Shown: positions 17,611 to 27,980, counted from the stretch's first letter. The stretch: DNA of 38,489 nt from Bacteroidales bacterium (GCA_007128045.1 SKYG01000294.1:1-38489); one strand, 5' to 3'. The notes: generated by a model from the sequence alone, not told the origin. A program made the numbers and translations.

Positions 17611-18579
17611 ATGGGAAACGTCAAATACCGTTTTAATACCAAGTCGCTTACTGTTGAAAAAGTTACCATAACCTTATGGGATAAACTAAAGGTGTTAATG
17701 CGTATCGTGCTGGCCGGGATGGTATTCTCGGTTATCGTACTTACCATTGGTTATACCTTTTTCGATTCGCCCAAAGAAAAGGTTTTGCGACGGGAGATCG
17801 AACAATATAAGGTTCAGTATCAAATTATTAACGACCGCATGGATCTGCTGGCATCAGCTCTCGAAGATATTCGCGAGCGTGACGATCATATTTACAGGGT
17901 GATTTTTGAAGCAGAACCAATTCCCAGAACCATTCGTGAAGCAGCATTTGGGGGCACCGACCGTTACGCCCCATACCGGGGTTTTCAAAACACCCAGCTG
18001 ATCTCTGAAACTATGCAACGCCTCGATCAGCTCACCCGCCAGCTGTATGTCCAGTCCAAATCGTACGACGAAGTGTTTGAGATGGCAAAGAACAAGACAG
18101 ACATGCTCGCTTCAATTCCGGCTATCGTTCCGATTGCCAGAGGTACCGAAAGATTGGTTTCCGGGTTCGGATACCGCATCCATCCTATATATAACGTCAG
18201 AAGAATGCACACTGGTGTTGACTTCACCGCTCCGACCGGCACACCCATCTATGCAACAGGCAATGGCGTTGTTGTTGAGGCAGATAGAAATAACCACGGA
18301 TACGGACGGATGGTGCTTATAGACCACGGATATGGATACCAGACACTGTATGCACATTTAAGTGTGATACAGGTGAAACCGGGCCAGGAAATTAAAAGAG
18401 GAGAGGTTATCGGCCTGGTAGGCAACACGGGTATCTCTAAAGCCCCACACCTGCATTATGAGGTAATTCGCAACGGCAGAAAGGTGAACCCCGTGGGGTA
18501 TTTCTTCAACGACCTTACACCGGAAGAATTCGAATATATCATTGAAGTGGCATCCAGAGAAAATCAATCTCTTTCCTGA
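17611..18579 (+). CDS. M23 family metallopeptidase (peptidoglycan endopeptidase-like)
   Basis: HTGVDFTAPTGTPIYATGNGVV and GNTGISKAPHLHYEV (HxxxD / HxH zinc motifs), with an N-terminal membrane anchor. Confidence 0.88.
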   Translation: MGNVKYRFNTKSLTVEKVTITLWDKLKVLMRIVLAGMVFSVIVLTIGYTFFDSPKEKVLRREIEQYKVQYQIINDRMDLLASALEDIRERDDHIYRVIFEAEPIPRTIREAAFGGTDRYAPYRGFQNTQLISETMQRLDQLTRQLYVQSKSYDEVFEMAKNKTDMLASIPAIVPIARGTERLVSGFGYRIHPIYNVRRMHTGVDFTAPTGTPIYATGNGVVVEADRNNHGYGRMVLIDHGYGYQTLYAHLSVIQVKPGQEIKRGEVIGLVGNTGISKAPHLHYEVIRNGRKVNPVGYFFNDLTPEEFEYIIEVASRENQSLS

Positions 18580-18914
18580 TGGACAAACCCCCTTCTAACC
18601 CAGAACGCGTATATTATTCCATAGGTGAGGTGGCCCGTTTGTTTAATGTAAACACCTCGCTGATAAGATTCTGGGAAAAAGAATTTGACCTCATCCGCCC
18701 ACACAAAAACAAAAAAGGCAACCGCCAATTCACGCCGAAAGATGTCGATAATTTCCACAAAATATTTCACCTGGTAAAAGAAAGAGGCTATACCCTGCAA
18801 GGAGCCAAAGATAAGCTAAAAGAACAACCCGAGTCCCTCGACAGGGACTTTGAAATTTATAAAACACTGGAAAAGCTAAAAGAGTTTTTGACTGTTTTGA
18901 AAAAACAGTTGTAA
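18579..18914 (+). CDS. MerR-family transcriptional regulator (small, 111 aa)
   Basis: YYSIGEVARLFNVNTSLIRFWEKEFD helix-turn-helix. Its ATG overlaps the M23 TGA by 1 nt (TGATG), which implies co-translation as an operon. Confidence 0.8.
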   Translation: MDKPPSNPERVYYSIGEVARLFNVNTSLIRFWEKEFDLIRPHKNKKGNRQFTPKDVDNFHKIFHLVKERGYTLQGAKDKLKEQPESLDRDFEIYKTLEKLKEFLTVLKKQL

Positions 18915-18970
18915 CAACTTATCATTTCAACAACTCAACAACTCAACATTTCAACAATTTTCCAAACTTA
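18915..18970. repeat. 8-nt phased units CAACTTAT CATTTCAA CAACTCAA CAACTCAA CATTTCAA CAATTTTC CAAACTTA filling the merR-MFS spacer
   Basis: Read directly. The array starts at the first base after the merR stop and ends 5 nt before the MFS ATG at 18976. Confidence 0.85.
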
Positions 18971-18975
18971 TCCTT

Positions 18976-20382
18976 ATGGTCGAAACAATAAAAAACAGAA
19001 TCAACGACTCAGCATCCACCCGCTGGGGGATTATGCTCCTGGTAAGTTTTACGATGGCTACCAATTATTACTTCTATGATGCCCTTTCTCCATTAAAGTT
19101 TCTGATGGAACGGGAACTGGGGTTCAGCTCAGCCGACTATGGGTTTTTTACAGCAGCCTACTCCATACCAAATGTATTTCTGCTGATGGCCGTTGTGGGA
19201 GGGATTATTCTGGACAAGATTGGCATTCGTATTACCGGTTTTGCCTTCATTTTCATCCAATTCGCAGGAGCTGTTGTTACCGCATATGGTGCTTCCCCCT
19301 ATTTTAACCAGGGAGGCTTTGGCTACGATTTTATGAACTCCTTCTGGACCAATTATTCACCAGCATTAAAAACCACATCCCTCGGCTTTTTCCTTTTCGG
19401 ACTGGGGGCGGAAACAAGTATCGTTGTTATCTCCAAGGTCATCGTAAAATGGTTTAAAGGCAAAGAAATTGCCCTGGCCCTTGGCTTGAATATTGCCATT
19501 GCACGGCTGGGCATGGGGGCCGCCATGATCTTATCTCCACGACTCATTATCGACAGCACTGCCATTTTGCCTCTCTGGAATAACTGGACAGCACCCATCT
19601 GGTTTGGGGCCTTATTGCTCGGAATAGGGCTGTTGGCATTTTTGGTGTATATGATATGGGACATCCGATTCGACCGGGAGGTAAAAGAACGCATGGAGGC
19701 CGACCCCACTGAGGAGTTCAGATTGAAAGACCTTGCCAAACTAATGACCAACCGCAGCTTTCTGCTGATCTCAGCACTGTGTGTCACCTTCTATTCGGCT
19801 GTGTTCCCATTCATGAAATATGCACCAGACCTGATGATCAACAAATTTGGCGTGAACCCAACCCTGGCAGGAGATATTGCCTCGATACTGCCTTTCGGCA
19901 CATTGGTATTCACCCCTGTTTTCGCATACATCTGCGATTATAAAGGCAAGTCTGCTTCCCTTATGCTAATAGGAAGTTTGCTGCTCGTATTCGTGCATAT
20001 GACGTTTGCCGTAACAACCCTGACACCATTTATTCCTATGTTCGTGCTAGGCGTTGCCTTCTCCCTGGTTCCTGCTGCCATGTGGCCGGCAGTGGCTAAG
20101 ATTGTAGAAACCAATAAGATTGGTACGGCTTATGGAGCCATGTTTACCATACAGGCCTTCGGACTAATGGTTTTCCCATACCTGATCGGGGTGGTACTCG
20201 ATCATTACAACCCAGGCGTGGCTGAAACCCTGACGGCAGGAGGAGAAGCTGTCTATAACTACACCATGCCCCTGCTGATGATGGCCGCACTGGGTGTAAT
20301 TGGATTCGTATTTGCCATTCTGCTCAAGAGAGATGATAAAACGTCTGGCTACGGATTGGAACTACCCAATAAAATGGATTGA
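18976..20382 (+). CDS. MFS transporter
   Basis: The 468-aa product has about 12 hydrophobic segments and an MFS motif-A-like GGIILDKIGIR after TM2. The substrate is not inferable. Confidence 0.7.
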   Translation: MVETIKNRINDSASTRWGIMLLVSFTMATNYYFYDALSPLKFLMERELGFSSADYGFFTAAYSIPNVFLLMAVVGGIILDKIGIRITGFAFIFIQFAGAVVTAYGASPYFNQGGFGYDFMNSFWTNYSPALKTTSLGFFLFGLGAETSIVVISKVIVKWFKGKEIALALGLNIAIARLGMGAAMILSPRLIIDSTAILPLWNNWTAPIWFGALLLGIGLLAFLVYMIWDIRFDREVKERMEADPTEEFRLKDLAKLMTNRSFLLISALCVTFYSAVFPFMKYAPDLMINKFGVNPTLAGDIASILPFGTLVFTPVFAYICDYKGKSASLMLIGSLLLVFVHMTFAVTTLTPFIPMFVLGVAFSLVPAAMWPAVAKIVETNKIGTAYGAMFTIQAFGLMVFPYLIGVVLDHYNPGVAETLTAGGEAVYNYTMPLLMMAALGVIGFVFAILLKRDDKTSGYGLELPNKMD

Positions 20383-20437
20383 CAAACAGACAGATACAAG
20401 GTATAGATACCGGCTTATCGAAAAAACTCTTAATGAT

Positions 20438-21403
20438 ATGATCGTTGTAACAGGTGCCGCTGGTTTTATTGGAAGTTGCCTGGTAAACAAACTGAATAAT
20501 AAGGGGTATAAAGAAATTGTGGTGGTTGACGATTTCTCTGACGAAGAGAAAAACAAAAACCTCAACAACAAAATATTCAGGCAGAAACTAAACAGAAAAG
20601 TATTTTTTGAATGGCTACAGGAAAACCATTCGCAAGTAAATTTCATTTTCCATATAGGCGCACGAACCGACACCACAGAGTTTGACAAAAGTATATTTGA
20701 TCAGCTCAACCTCAATTACTCAAAACAACTTTGGGAACTTTGCAGCCAATATACAATACCTTTGGTGTATGCTTCCTCTGCAGCCACCTACGGGGCTGGT
20801 GAATTTGGATACAAAGACGATGACGGCCTGGTTGAACAACTGAAACCATTAAACCCCTACGGAGAAAGCAAGAATGATTTTGACAAATGGGTGCTAAAGC
20901 AAAAGAGCCAGCCTGCTTTCTGGGCAGGGCTTAAGTTTTTTAACGTTTACGGCCCAAATGAATACCATAAAGGCCGGATGGCATCGGTGATATTCCACGC
21001 TTATAACCAGATCATCCAACATGGGATAATGAAGTTGTTCAGATCACACCATCCTGACTTCAAAGACGGTGAACAGAGCCGGGATTTTGTCTATGTAAAA
21101 GATGTGGTGAATGTTTGTTATTTTCTGATGCTGCAAAAAAGACCATCTGGAATCTATAACCTGGGTACAGGCGTTGCCCGAACATTTAATGACCTGGCAA
21201 AGGCCTGTTTCACGTCTCTAGACAAAAAACCACAAATAGAATACATAGACACCCCTGAAGATATCCGCCAAAAATACCAGTATTTCACCCAGGCCGAAAT
21301 GAATAAGCTTCGCGCTATTGGGTATACAGATCATTTCTATACACTCGAACAAGGTATTCGTGACTATATCCAAAACTATCTTGTGGGCAATAACTATTAT
21401 TGA
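20438..21403 (+). CDS. hldD: ADP-L-glycero-D-manno-heptose 6-epimerase
   Basis: MIVVTGAAGFIGS, ASSAATYG, YGESK, FNVYGPNEYHKGRMASV and RDFVYVKDV align by eye along the whole length with E. coli HldD/RfaD. The start is the ATG at 20438, because the track ORF start at 20300 overlaps the MFS gene. Confidence 0.88.
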   Translation: MIVVTGAAGFIGSCLVNKLNNKGYKEIVVVDDFSDEEKNKNLNNKIFRQKLNRKVFFEWLQENHSQVNFIFHIGARTDTTEFDKSIFDQLNLNYSKQLWELCSQYTIPLVYASSAATYGAGEFGYKDDDGLVEQLKPLNPYGESKNDFDKWVLKQKSQPAFWAGLKFFNVYGPNEYHKGRMASVIFHAYNQIIQHGIMKLFRSHHPDFKDGEQSRDFVYVKDVVNVCYFLMLQKRPSGIYNLGTGVARTFNDLAKACFTSLDKKPQIEYIDTPEDIRQKYQYFTQAEMNKLRAIGYTDHFYTLEQGIRDYIQNYLVGNNYY

Positions 21404-21518
21404 GACAGCATCCTACAGCTTTAATACTGTGATTATTTCCAACGCAGCACAAGGCCACTTACAAATTAGAAAAACAAAGTTTTAAAGGGTAATAGCATAA
21501 AATGTAGTTGCCCTCCTG

Positions 21519-22151
21519 CTAATAGAATTGCCTGGCAATGGTCGGTTCTTCTTTGCCAAAATGGTGGTGATGGGTAATGCCAAGCCGCTCTACATAGGCT
21601 ATCAGGTCAGGAAAAAATGTGGCAAACTCCGCCCCAAACTCATCATAATATTGCTCAAGGTCTTCAACCGCTGTTTCCATGCCTGACTTGAATGGAGTTC
21701 GCTTTGCAAGGCCCTGGAAATGCTGCTTTAGCTTGTCAAGGTTGGATTAGTTGACCAGCCAGTTCGAAGCAATCATAAATGGCAACAGGTTCTTGGCACG
21801 TACCGGAAGCATAAAATAGTTCCTCAGCAACAACCCATAGGCATGACTTACAAACCTGGGAAGAGGCTGTATAGAATATTCACTCCAGTTTCTGGCCAGA
21901 TAATGATCGTAAAACATGTCGACAATCACCCCGGAATATAATCGATACCTGTTTCGCAAACGCCGCTTGCTCTGGTCTACAATGGGATGGTTGTCGGTGA
22001 AACTATCTATTTTGCGATGTAACTCTATACCCCTGACTACCCCATCCTGATAACTTTCAATCTGACGACCCTTGACCATATCGGCAATAAAGTTGCCAAT
22101 AATCAACTCCTGATCATCGCCTGCAAGGTATAAATGTGCCAGAAAATTCAT
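21519..22151 (-). pseudogene. acpH: acyl carrier protein phosphodiesterase (AcpH) interrupted by an in-frame TAA at 21749-21747
   Basis: The track ORF (134 aa) reads MNFLAHLYLAGDD...GNFIADMVKG...HRKIDSFTDNHP...NWLVN*. My translation of the same frame past the stop gives SNLDKLKQHFQGLAKRTPFKSGMETAVEDLEQYYDEFGAEFATFFPDLIAYVERL... for 75 aa to the TAG at 21521-21519. Together the halves match the full-length ~190-210-aa AcpH layout, with E. coli ...WLVRYRDMD... placing Tyr at the stop position. Confidence 0.75.
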
Positions 22152-22307
22152 TGATAGTGGTGTTATAACTTATTCACGTTTACACTAAAAAAACCATAAC
22201 TATTCTGTCTTCATTTTGTTAGATTAAAGATACATCAAATAATTTCAAAAATAATGCCAGAATAAAATAATTATTGATCAGATTCAGTCTGATCGGCAAG
22301 AATTATA

Positions 22308-22315
22308 TAGTTTTG
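22308..22315 (+). promoter_or_regulatory. candidate -7 box TAGTTTTG for iorA
   Basis: Matches TAnnTTTG about 54 nt upstream of the ATG at 22369. A 7-bp hairpin GATCAGA/TCTGATC lies at ~22275-22293. Confidence 0.35.
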
Positions 22316-22368
22316 TATACGACACAACAACGTTCTTTTGTCTTTATCTTCTTAAAGCGTACTTTTCT

Positions 22369-23982
22369 ATGCGAACTCTTTTATTGTTAGGTGACGAAGC
22401 GATTGCACAAGCAGGCATCGACGCAGGCATGTCAGGGGTTTATGCCTATCCGGGAACTCCCTCAACCGAGATCACAGAATATGTAAGGTCTTCCAAAGAA
22501 GCACACGAGCTGGGCATTGTTGCCAAATGGTGTGCAAATGAAAAAACGGCTGCAGAAACGGCACTCGGCATGTCGTACGCCGGAAAAAGAACCATGACAT
22601 GCATGAAACACGTGGGCCTGAATGTTGCTGCTGACCCATTTATCAACTCCGCCCTTACCGGAACCAATGGCGGGTTGCTATTCGTTGTTGCCGACGACCC
22701 ATCCATGCACTCATCACAAAATGAACAGGATTCCCGCTTTTTTGGGAAATTCGCCTTGTTACCAATTCTTGAACCATCAAACCAACAAGAAGCATACGAT
22801 ATGGTTTTCGAAGGATTTGACCTTTCAGAAAGGTATAAAGTCCCGGTCATGATACGCATTACCACCCGGCTCGCTCATTCCAGATCAGGGGTGGTCAGAA
22901 AAACCAGCAGGAAACAAAATAAGTTGCGTTTGCCTGAAAGCCCCTTGCAGTTTGTGCTGCTGCCAGCGGTAGCAAGAAAAAAATACAATACACTCTTAAA
23001 CACCATAGGTTCTTTTGAAACAGAGGCATTGTCATCTCCGTTTAACTCCTTCAAAGATGGACATGATAAGAGCATGGGCATTATAGCATGTGGACTGGCA
23101 TATAATTATCTGATGGAGAATTACCCTGACCGCAATCCTCCTTTTCCGGTATTGAAAATTTGTCAGTACCCTGCGCCAGCAGAATTATTCAGGGATATCC
23201 ATGACCATTGTGAAAGCATACTGGTGCTGGAAGAAGGCTTTCCTATGATTGAAGAATTGCTCAAGGGGTTATTGGCTTCCGGCAAAAAGATCAGGGGACG
23301 CCTGGATGGCACCATTCCCCGAGCGGGAGAGCTAAACCCAACTATTGTTGCCGAAGCACTGGGGTTTCCCCGGCAAACCATTACACCCATTCCTTCGTTG
23401 GTGGTGCCACGCCCACCTTCACTGTGTAAAGGATGCCCCCACATCGACAGCTTTCTGGGACTAAACGAGGCCATAGAAAGCTATGGAAAAGGCAGGGTGT
23501 TTTCAGATATAGGCTGTTACACCCTGGCCGCATTGCCACCCTATGAATCGATCTACTCCTGTGTCGACATGGGTGCTTCTATAACCATGGCGAAGGGAGC
23601 AGCAGATGCAGGGCTGAAACCTGCCGTGGCAGTGATTGGAGACAGCACATTCACCCATTCGGGAATCACCGGATTGCTGGATGCAGTAAACGACCATTCA
23701 ACGATTACTGTTATTATTCTCGACAATGCCACCACCGCCATGACGGGCGGACAACCTTCAGCTGCCCTGAACAGGATTGAAGCCATTTGCAAGGGCGTAG
23801 GGGTAGAAGAAAACCATATCAGGGTGATGAAACCCCTCAGAAAACAACATGAATACAATACCCAAATACTGAAGGAAGAGCTTGAATATGACGGCGTATC
23901 AGTTATCATAGCCCGCAGGGAATGCATACAAACACTCAACAAACGTATGCGCGAAAAATTTAAGGATAAAACCAAATCGTAA
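22369..23982 (+). CDS. iorA: indolepyruvate:ferredoxin oxidoreductase alpha subunit (TPP-dependent 2-oxoacid oxidoreductase)
   Basis: LGDEAIAQAGIDAGMSGVYAYPGTPSTEI N-terminus, a TPP-binding GDSTFTHSG...ILDN region and a CKGCPH motif; 537 aa. It is followed by a gamma-type iorB. Confidence 0.85.
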   Translation: MRTLLLLGDEAIAQAGIDAGMSGVYAYPGTPSTEITEYVRSSKEAHELGIVAKWCANEKTAAETALGMSYAGKRTMTCMKHVGLNVAADPFINSALTGTNGGLLFVVADDPSMHSSQNEQDSRFFGKFALLPILEPSNQQEAYDMVFEGFDLSERYKVPVMIRITTRLAHSRSGVVRKTSRKQNKLRLPESPLQFVLLPAVARKKYNTLLNTIGSFETEALSSPFNSFKDGHDKSMGIIACGLAYNYLMENYPDRNPPFPVLKICQYPAPAELFRDIHDHCESILVLEEGFPMIEELLKGLLASGKKIRGRLDGTIPRAGELNPTIVAEALGFPRQTITPIPSLVVPRPPSLCKGCPHIDSFLGLNEAIESYGKGRVFSDIGCYTLAALPPYESIYSCVDMGASITMAKGAADAGLKPAVAVIGDSTFTHSGITGLLDAVNDHSTITVIILDNATTAMTGGQPSAALNRIEAICKGVGVEENHIRVMKPLRKQHEYNTQILKEELEYDGVSVIIARRECIQTLNKRMREKFKDKTKS

Positions 23983-23998
23983 ACACATAAATGCCCAT

Positions 23999-24128
23999 GT
24001 CGAAGATCCCGATTGTTCAGAACTTCGCTTCGCTACGAGTTGCGGGTTGTGGGTTGCGGGTTAAACTTTAAACCTTAAACTTTAAACTGACTTTTCGACA
24101 TTCAGACATTCAGACATTTAGACAATTT
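23999..24128. repeat. composite spacer: GTCGAAGATCCCGATTGTTCAGAACTTCGCTTCGC module, then GTTGCGG GTTGTGG GTTGCGG, then AAACTTT AAACCTT AAACTTT AAACTGA, then CTTTTC, then GACATTCA x2, GACATTTA, GACAATTT
   Basis: Read directly. It occupies most of the 152-nt iorA-iorB gap. The last ~50 nt are nearly identical to 35701-35748. Confidence 0.9.
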
Positions 24129-24134
24129 TAACAT

Positions 24135-24725
24135 ATGAAAAAAGACATTATTCTTGCCGGAGTTGGCGGACAAGGGATTTTATCGATCGCGGCTATAATA
24201 GGCTACGCTGCTATAGAATCAGGCTTATACCTTAAACAAGCCGAAGTGCATGGAATGAGCCAGAGAGGCGGCGATGTGCAATCTCACCTGCGCCTCTCTT
24301 CCGAACCTATTGCCTCCGACCTGATACCATATGGGAAGGCAGATCTGATCATCTCTGTTGAGCCCATGGAAAGCTTGCGATATCTCCCTTACCTTAGTCA
24401 GACAGGGTGGCTGGTAACCAACAGCAAACCTTTTGTCAACATGACAAATTATCCCAACCCGGACGACATCATGAAGGAACTGCAACAAATTCCAAATAGT
24501 ATTGTTCTTGATGCCGAAGAAATAGCCACCGAAGCAGGAAGCATTAAATCAGCAAATATGGTGATACTAGGCGCTGCATCACCTTTTCTGGATATAGCTT
24601 ACGATAATATCGAAAAAGCCATCCATGCAGTATTCGGCAAAAAGGGCGAAGATGTTGTTGCCATAAACCTCGTTGCATTACAATCAGGACGAAATATAGC
24701 TGAACAATCGATCAAACGACCATGA
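24135..24725 (+). CDS. iorB: indolepyruvate oxidoreductase beta subunit
   Basis: MKKDIILAGVGGQGILS...HGMSQRGG is the gamma-domain pattern of 2-oxoacid:ferredoxin oxidoreductases; 196 aa. Confidence 0.85.
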   Translation: MKKDIILAGVGGQGILSIAAIIGYAAIESGLYLKQAEVHGMSQRGGDVQSHLRLSSEPIASDLIPYGKADLIISVEPMESLRYLPYLSQTGWLVTNSKPFVNMTNYPNPDDIMKELQQIPNSIVLDAEEIATEAGSIKSANMVILGAASPFLDIAYDNIEKAIHAVFGKKGEDVVAINLVALQSGRNIAEQSIKRP

Positions 24726-24918
24726 AATGTCTGCAAAATATATGTTGTGGGTAATTCACCACTCCGGATGCATGAACATCGCCAATGATACAAATAATAA
24801 TCCTGAACCAAACATCCCTTTACTTGTTTTACTACATATACCTAAAAGAAGGAATATAAACTATTACATTGATTTTACATTCTGCGAATAACAAACCACC
24901 AACTGTAATAAAATAACT

Positions 24919-27807
24919 ATGCTAACAAATAACTTTATAGACCGGCACAATGGCCCCAACACACATGACAGGGAGAAGATGCTTAAGACAATTGGCCTGG
25001 ATGATATTGATGCACTAATCAATCAAACCATCCCTGCCACCATACGATTGAATAAAGCATTGGATTTGCCTGATGGTATGAACGAATTTGAGTTTATCAG
25101 CCATCTGAAAAAGATCGGATCAAAGAACAAGGTGTTTAAATCTTTTATTGGGATGGGTTATTATAACACGATTCTGCCGGGAGTAATTCAGCGAAACATT
25201 CTGGAGAATCCTGGCTGGTATACGGCCTATACCCCCTACCAGGCAGAGATATCTCAAGGCAGGCTTGAAGCATTGTTGAATTTCCAGACTGTCGTTTCTG
25301 AACTGACAGGCATGGAAATTGCCAATGCTTCTCTTCTCGATGAAGCGACGGCAGCAGCAGAAGCGATGATCATGCTATTTAACTCACGCTCCCGTGACGC
25401 CATCAAAAAGGGGGCAAACAAGTTCCTGGTATCTGACCGCTGCTTTCCGCAAACAATAGACGTGTTGAAGAACCGGGCTAAACCCTTAGGTATTGAGCTT
25501 TTGATTGAAGACCACCATCAGGCAGACCTTAGTGATGCCTTCTTTGGGGTCATGATTCAGTATCCAGACGGGTATGGACATATTGAAGACCATTCAGGCT
25601 TTGTTGAACAGGCAAAACGCGCTGATCTCCGGGTAGCTGTTGCGGCAGATCTGCTGAGTCTTACCATGCTTACCCCTCCGGGTGAGTGGGGTGCTGATGT
25701 AGTGGTAGGCTCATCACAAAGATTTGGGGTGCCGATGGGCTATGGAGGTCCACATGCGGCTTTCTTTGCCACCAGGGAAGAATTCAAACGTCAGGTTCCT
25801 GGTCGAATCATCGGTGTCTCCATCGACAAACAAGGGGCCAACGCCCTGCGTATGGCCTTGCAAACTCGCGAACAGCATATAAAGAGGGAACGCGCCACAT
25901 CAAATATATGTACCGCGCAGGCACTTCTGGCATCTATGGCGGCCATGTATGCCGTGTATCATGGCCCAAAAGGGCTGCAACAGATCGCCCGGCACATCAA
26001 TATCCTTACGGGTGTGCTTTCGCAGGAAATACAGCAATATGGTTATAAACAGCTTAATGAGAATTTCTTTGATACCATACTGATAGAAATGCCCGACAAT
26101 GTGTATACTGATAGTATCCGGCAAATGGCAGAAGAACGGATGATGAACTTCAGATACATAGACCAAAAGCATATAGGGATAAGCCTGGATGAGACCACCA
26201 CGCTCAATGATGTAAATGTTATGCTGGACGTTTTTGCCAGGGCGGCGACCAAAACCTTTCACACCTTTGTTTGCGACCCTGTTGAATGCGTGAAGATCAC
26301 CACGATACCACCAAAACTCAGACGTAAGAGCGATTTTCTGACTCACGAGGTGTTTAACACCTACCACTCCGAAACTGATATGATGCGGTACCTGAAGAAG
26401 CTGGAAAACCGGGACCTCGCGCTGAACCGCACCATGATACCCCTCGGCTCGTGCACCATGAAGCTGAATGCAGCATCAGAGATGTTTGGCTTAAGCTGGC
26501 CTGAATTCAACAGCATCCATCCTTTTGTGCCTGCCAGCCAGGCCGATGGTTACCTGGAGCTGATCCGGCAACTGGAAAAAGACTTATGTGAAATCACGGG
26601 ATTTGCCGCCTTGTCGTTTATGCCTAACTCAGGTGCCTCCGGTGAATACACCGGCCTCATGGTTATCCGGGCCTACCATGAAAGCCGGGGTGAATCACAC
26701 AGAAATGTGACCCTGATTCCCTCCTCTGCCCACGGAACCAATCCGGCAAGTGCCGTTATGGCAGGGATGAAAGTGGTTGTAGTAACATGCGATGAGAACG
26801 GCAACATCGACATGAATGACCTTAAAGTGAAAGCAGAGCAGCATAAAGACAACCTGGCAGCCATCATGGTCACCTACCCGTCAACCCATGGAGTCTTTGA
26901 AGAGGAAATCCTGGAGCTCACCAGCGTCATCCATGAATATGGCGGACAGGTTTATATGGATGGGGCCAATATGAATGCCCAGGTGGGCCTGACCAATCCG
27001 GCTATTTGTGGTGCCGATGTGTGCCATCTGAACCTTCACAAGACCTTTGCCATACCGCATGGTGGCGGCGGTCCCGGCGTTGGCCCGATCGGGGTTGCCA
27101 GCCACCTGGTACAGTTCCTTCCCAACCATCCATTATTTAAAACTGGCGGCGAGAACGGCATACATGCCGTGGCAGCAGCACCATTTGGCAGTGCCCTGAT
27201 CCTGACCATCACTTATGGATACATCAAATTACTGGGAGGCGATGGGCTTACAGAAGCTACAAAGGTAGCTATCCTGAGCACCAACTACCTGAAGAAAGCA
27301 TTGGAGAACGATTATAAGGTGCTGTATACTGGTAAGAATGGATGGGCTGCCCATGAAATGATCCTCGACTGTAACCCATTCAAACGGCAAGTGTCGGTCG
27401 ATGCCATCGACATTGCCAAACGATTGATGGACTACGGATTCCATGCACCCACCGTGGCCTTCCCTGTACCTGGAACACTGATGGTAGAACCCACTGAAAG
27501 CGAGCCCTTATCCGAGCTTAACAGATTCATTGAGGCCATGAAGTCTATCCGCAATGAAATAAGAGAGATAGAAGAAGGAAAGGCTGACCAGGAAAACAAC
27601 GTAATAAAGAATGCTCCGCATACTGCAGAAATGGTAATCACCAGCAACTGGAACAAACCATACAGCCGGGAAAAAGCAGCCTTCCCCATGCCCTGGTCTA
27701 AAGAAATGAAGTACTTTACTCCGGTCACAAGAATAGACGATGCCTATGGCGACCGCAACCTGGTATGCACCTGCGAGCCTATCGAAAGCTACAGCACTGG
27801 ACACTGA
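24919..27807 (+). CDS. gcvP: glycine dehydrogenase (aminomethyl-transferring), single-chain P-protein
   Basis: The 962-aa product has [24 protein letters not shown] and the PLP-Lys region [19 protein letters not shown]. Confidence 0.97.
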   Translation: MLTNNFIDRHNGPNTHDREKMLKTIGLDDIDALINQTIPATIRLNKALDLPDGMNEFEFISHLKKIGSKNKVFKSFIGMGYYNTILPGVIQRNILENPGWYTAYTPYQAEISQGRLEALLNFQTVVSELTGMEIANASLLDEATAAAEAMIMLFNSRSRDAIKKGANKFLVSDRCFPQTIDVLKNRAKPLGIELLIEDHHQADLSDAFFGVMIQYPDGYGHIEDHSGFVEQAKRADLRVAVAADLLSLTMLTPPGEWGADVVVGSSQRFGVPMGYGGPHAAFFATREEFKRQVPGRIIGVSIDKQGANALRMALQTREQHIKRERATSNICTAQALLASMAAMYAVYHGPKGLQQIARHINILTGVLSQEIQQYGYKQLNENFFDTILIEMPDNVYTDSIRQMAEERMMNFRYIDQKHIGISLDETTTLNDVNVMLDVFARAATKTFHTFVCDPVECVKITTIPPKLRRKSDFLTHEVFNTYHSETDMMRYLKKLENRDLALNRTMIPLGSCTMKLNAASEMFGLSWPEFNSIHPFVPASQADGYLELIRQLEKDLCEITGFAALSFMPNSGASGEYTGLMVIRAYHESRGESHRNVTLIPSSAHGTNPASAVMAGMKVVVVTCDENGNIDMNDLKVKAEQHKDNLAAIMVTYPSTHGVFEEEILELTSVIHEYGGQVYMDGANMNAQVGLTNPAICGADVCHLNLHKTFAIPHGGGGPGVGPIGVASHLVQFLPNHPLFKTGGENGIHAVAAAPFGSALILTITYGYIKLLGGDGLTEATKVAILSTNYLKKALENDYKVLYTGKNGWAAHEMILDCNPFKRQVSVDAIDIAKRLMDYGFHAPTVAFPVPGTLMVEPTESEPLSELNRFIEAMKSIRNEIREIEEGKADQENNVIKNAPHTAEMVITSNWNKPYSREKAAFPMPWSKEMKYFTPVTRIDDAYGDRNLVCTCEPIESYSTGH

Positions 27808-27814
27808 TTCACAA

Positions 27815-27948
27815 GTCAAAAGGTCGGAAGGTCGAAGGTCGAAGGTCTGAAGGTCTGAAGGTCTGAAGGTCTGAAGGTCTGAAAGTCTGAAGGTCGAAGG
27901 TCGAAAGGTCGAAGGTCGAAAGGTCGAAGGTCGAAGGTCGGAAGGTCT
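27815..27948. repeat. 17 tandem 7-8-nt units of form GTC(N)GAAG (GTCGAAG, GTCTGAAG, GTCGAAAG, GTCGGAAG)
   Basis: Read directly. The array starts 7 nt after the gcvP stop. GTCTGAAG x4, GTCTGAAA and GTCTGAAG form the centre, and GTCGAAG-type units flank it on both sides. Confidence 0.95.
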
Positions 27949-27960
27949 ATGCATCTGTAG

Positions 27961-27980
27961 GGGCGAAAAACCTTTCGCCC
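27961..27980 (+). other. perfect 8-bp hairpin GGGCGAAA-AACC-TTTCGCCC, preceded by TCTGTAG
   Basis: Read directly. No U-tract follows on either strand, so it is not a canonical intrinsic terminator. The TCTGTAGGGG prefix is shared with 11771-11780. Confidence 0.6.

Noticed and set aside
20300-20437. Upstream extension of hldD (track start 20300) overlapping the MFS gene by 83 nt
   Set aside because: The conserved HldD N-terminus MIVVTGAAGFIGS begins at the ATG at 20438. The extension has no homology-like features and overlaps a well-supported gene.
21747-21749. Alternative genetic code or programmed readthrough as the explanation for the in-frame TAA in acpH
   Set aside because: TAA terminates several well-defined genes in this window at the expected protein ends (GGGPS-family, amgK-like, merR, iorA). 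A code reassignment is therefore not supported. Readthrough cannot be excluded, but nothing in the local sequence argues for it.
24722-24754. 10-codon Cys-rich mini-ORF MKCLQNICCG overlapping the iorB stop
   Set aside because: It is too short to distinguish from chance and has no supporting context.
24726-24918. Glycine riboswitch expected upstream of gcvP
   Set aside because: I could not find the conserved GGAGAG...CACCGAAGGGGCAA-type aptamer cores on the plus strand. The region is A/T-rich without the paired-aptamer pattern.
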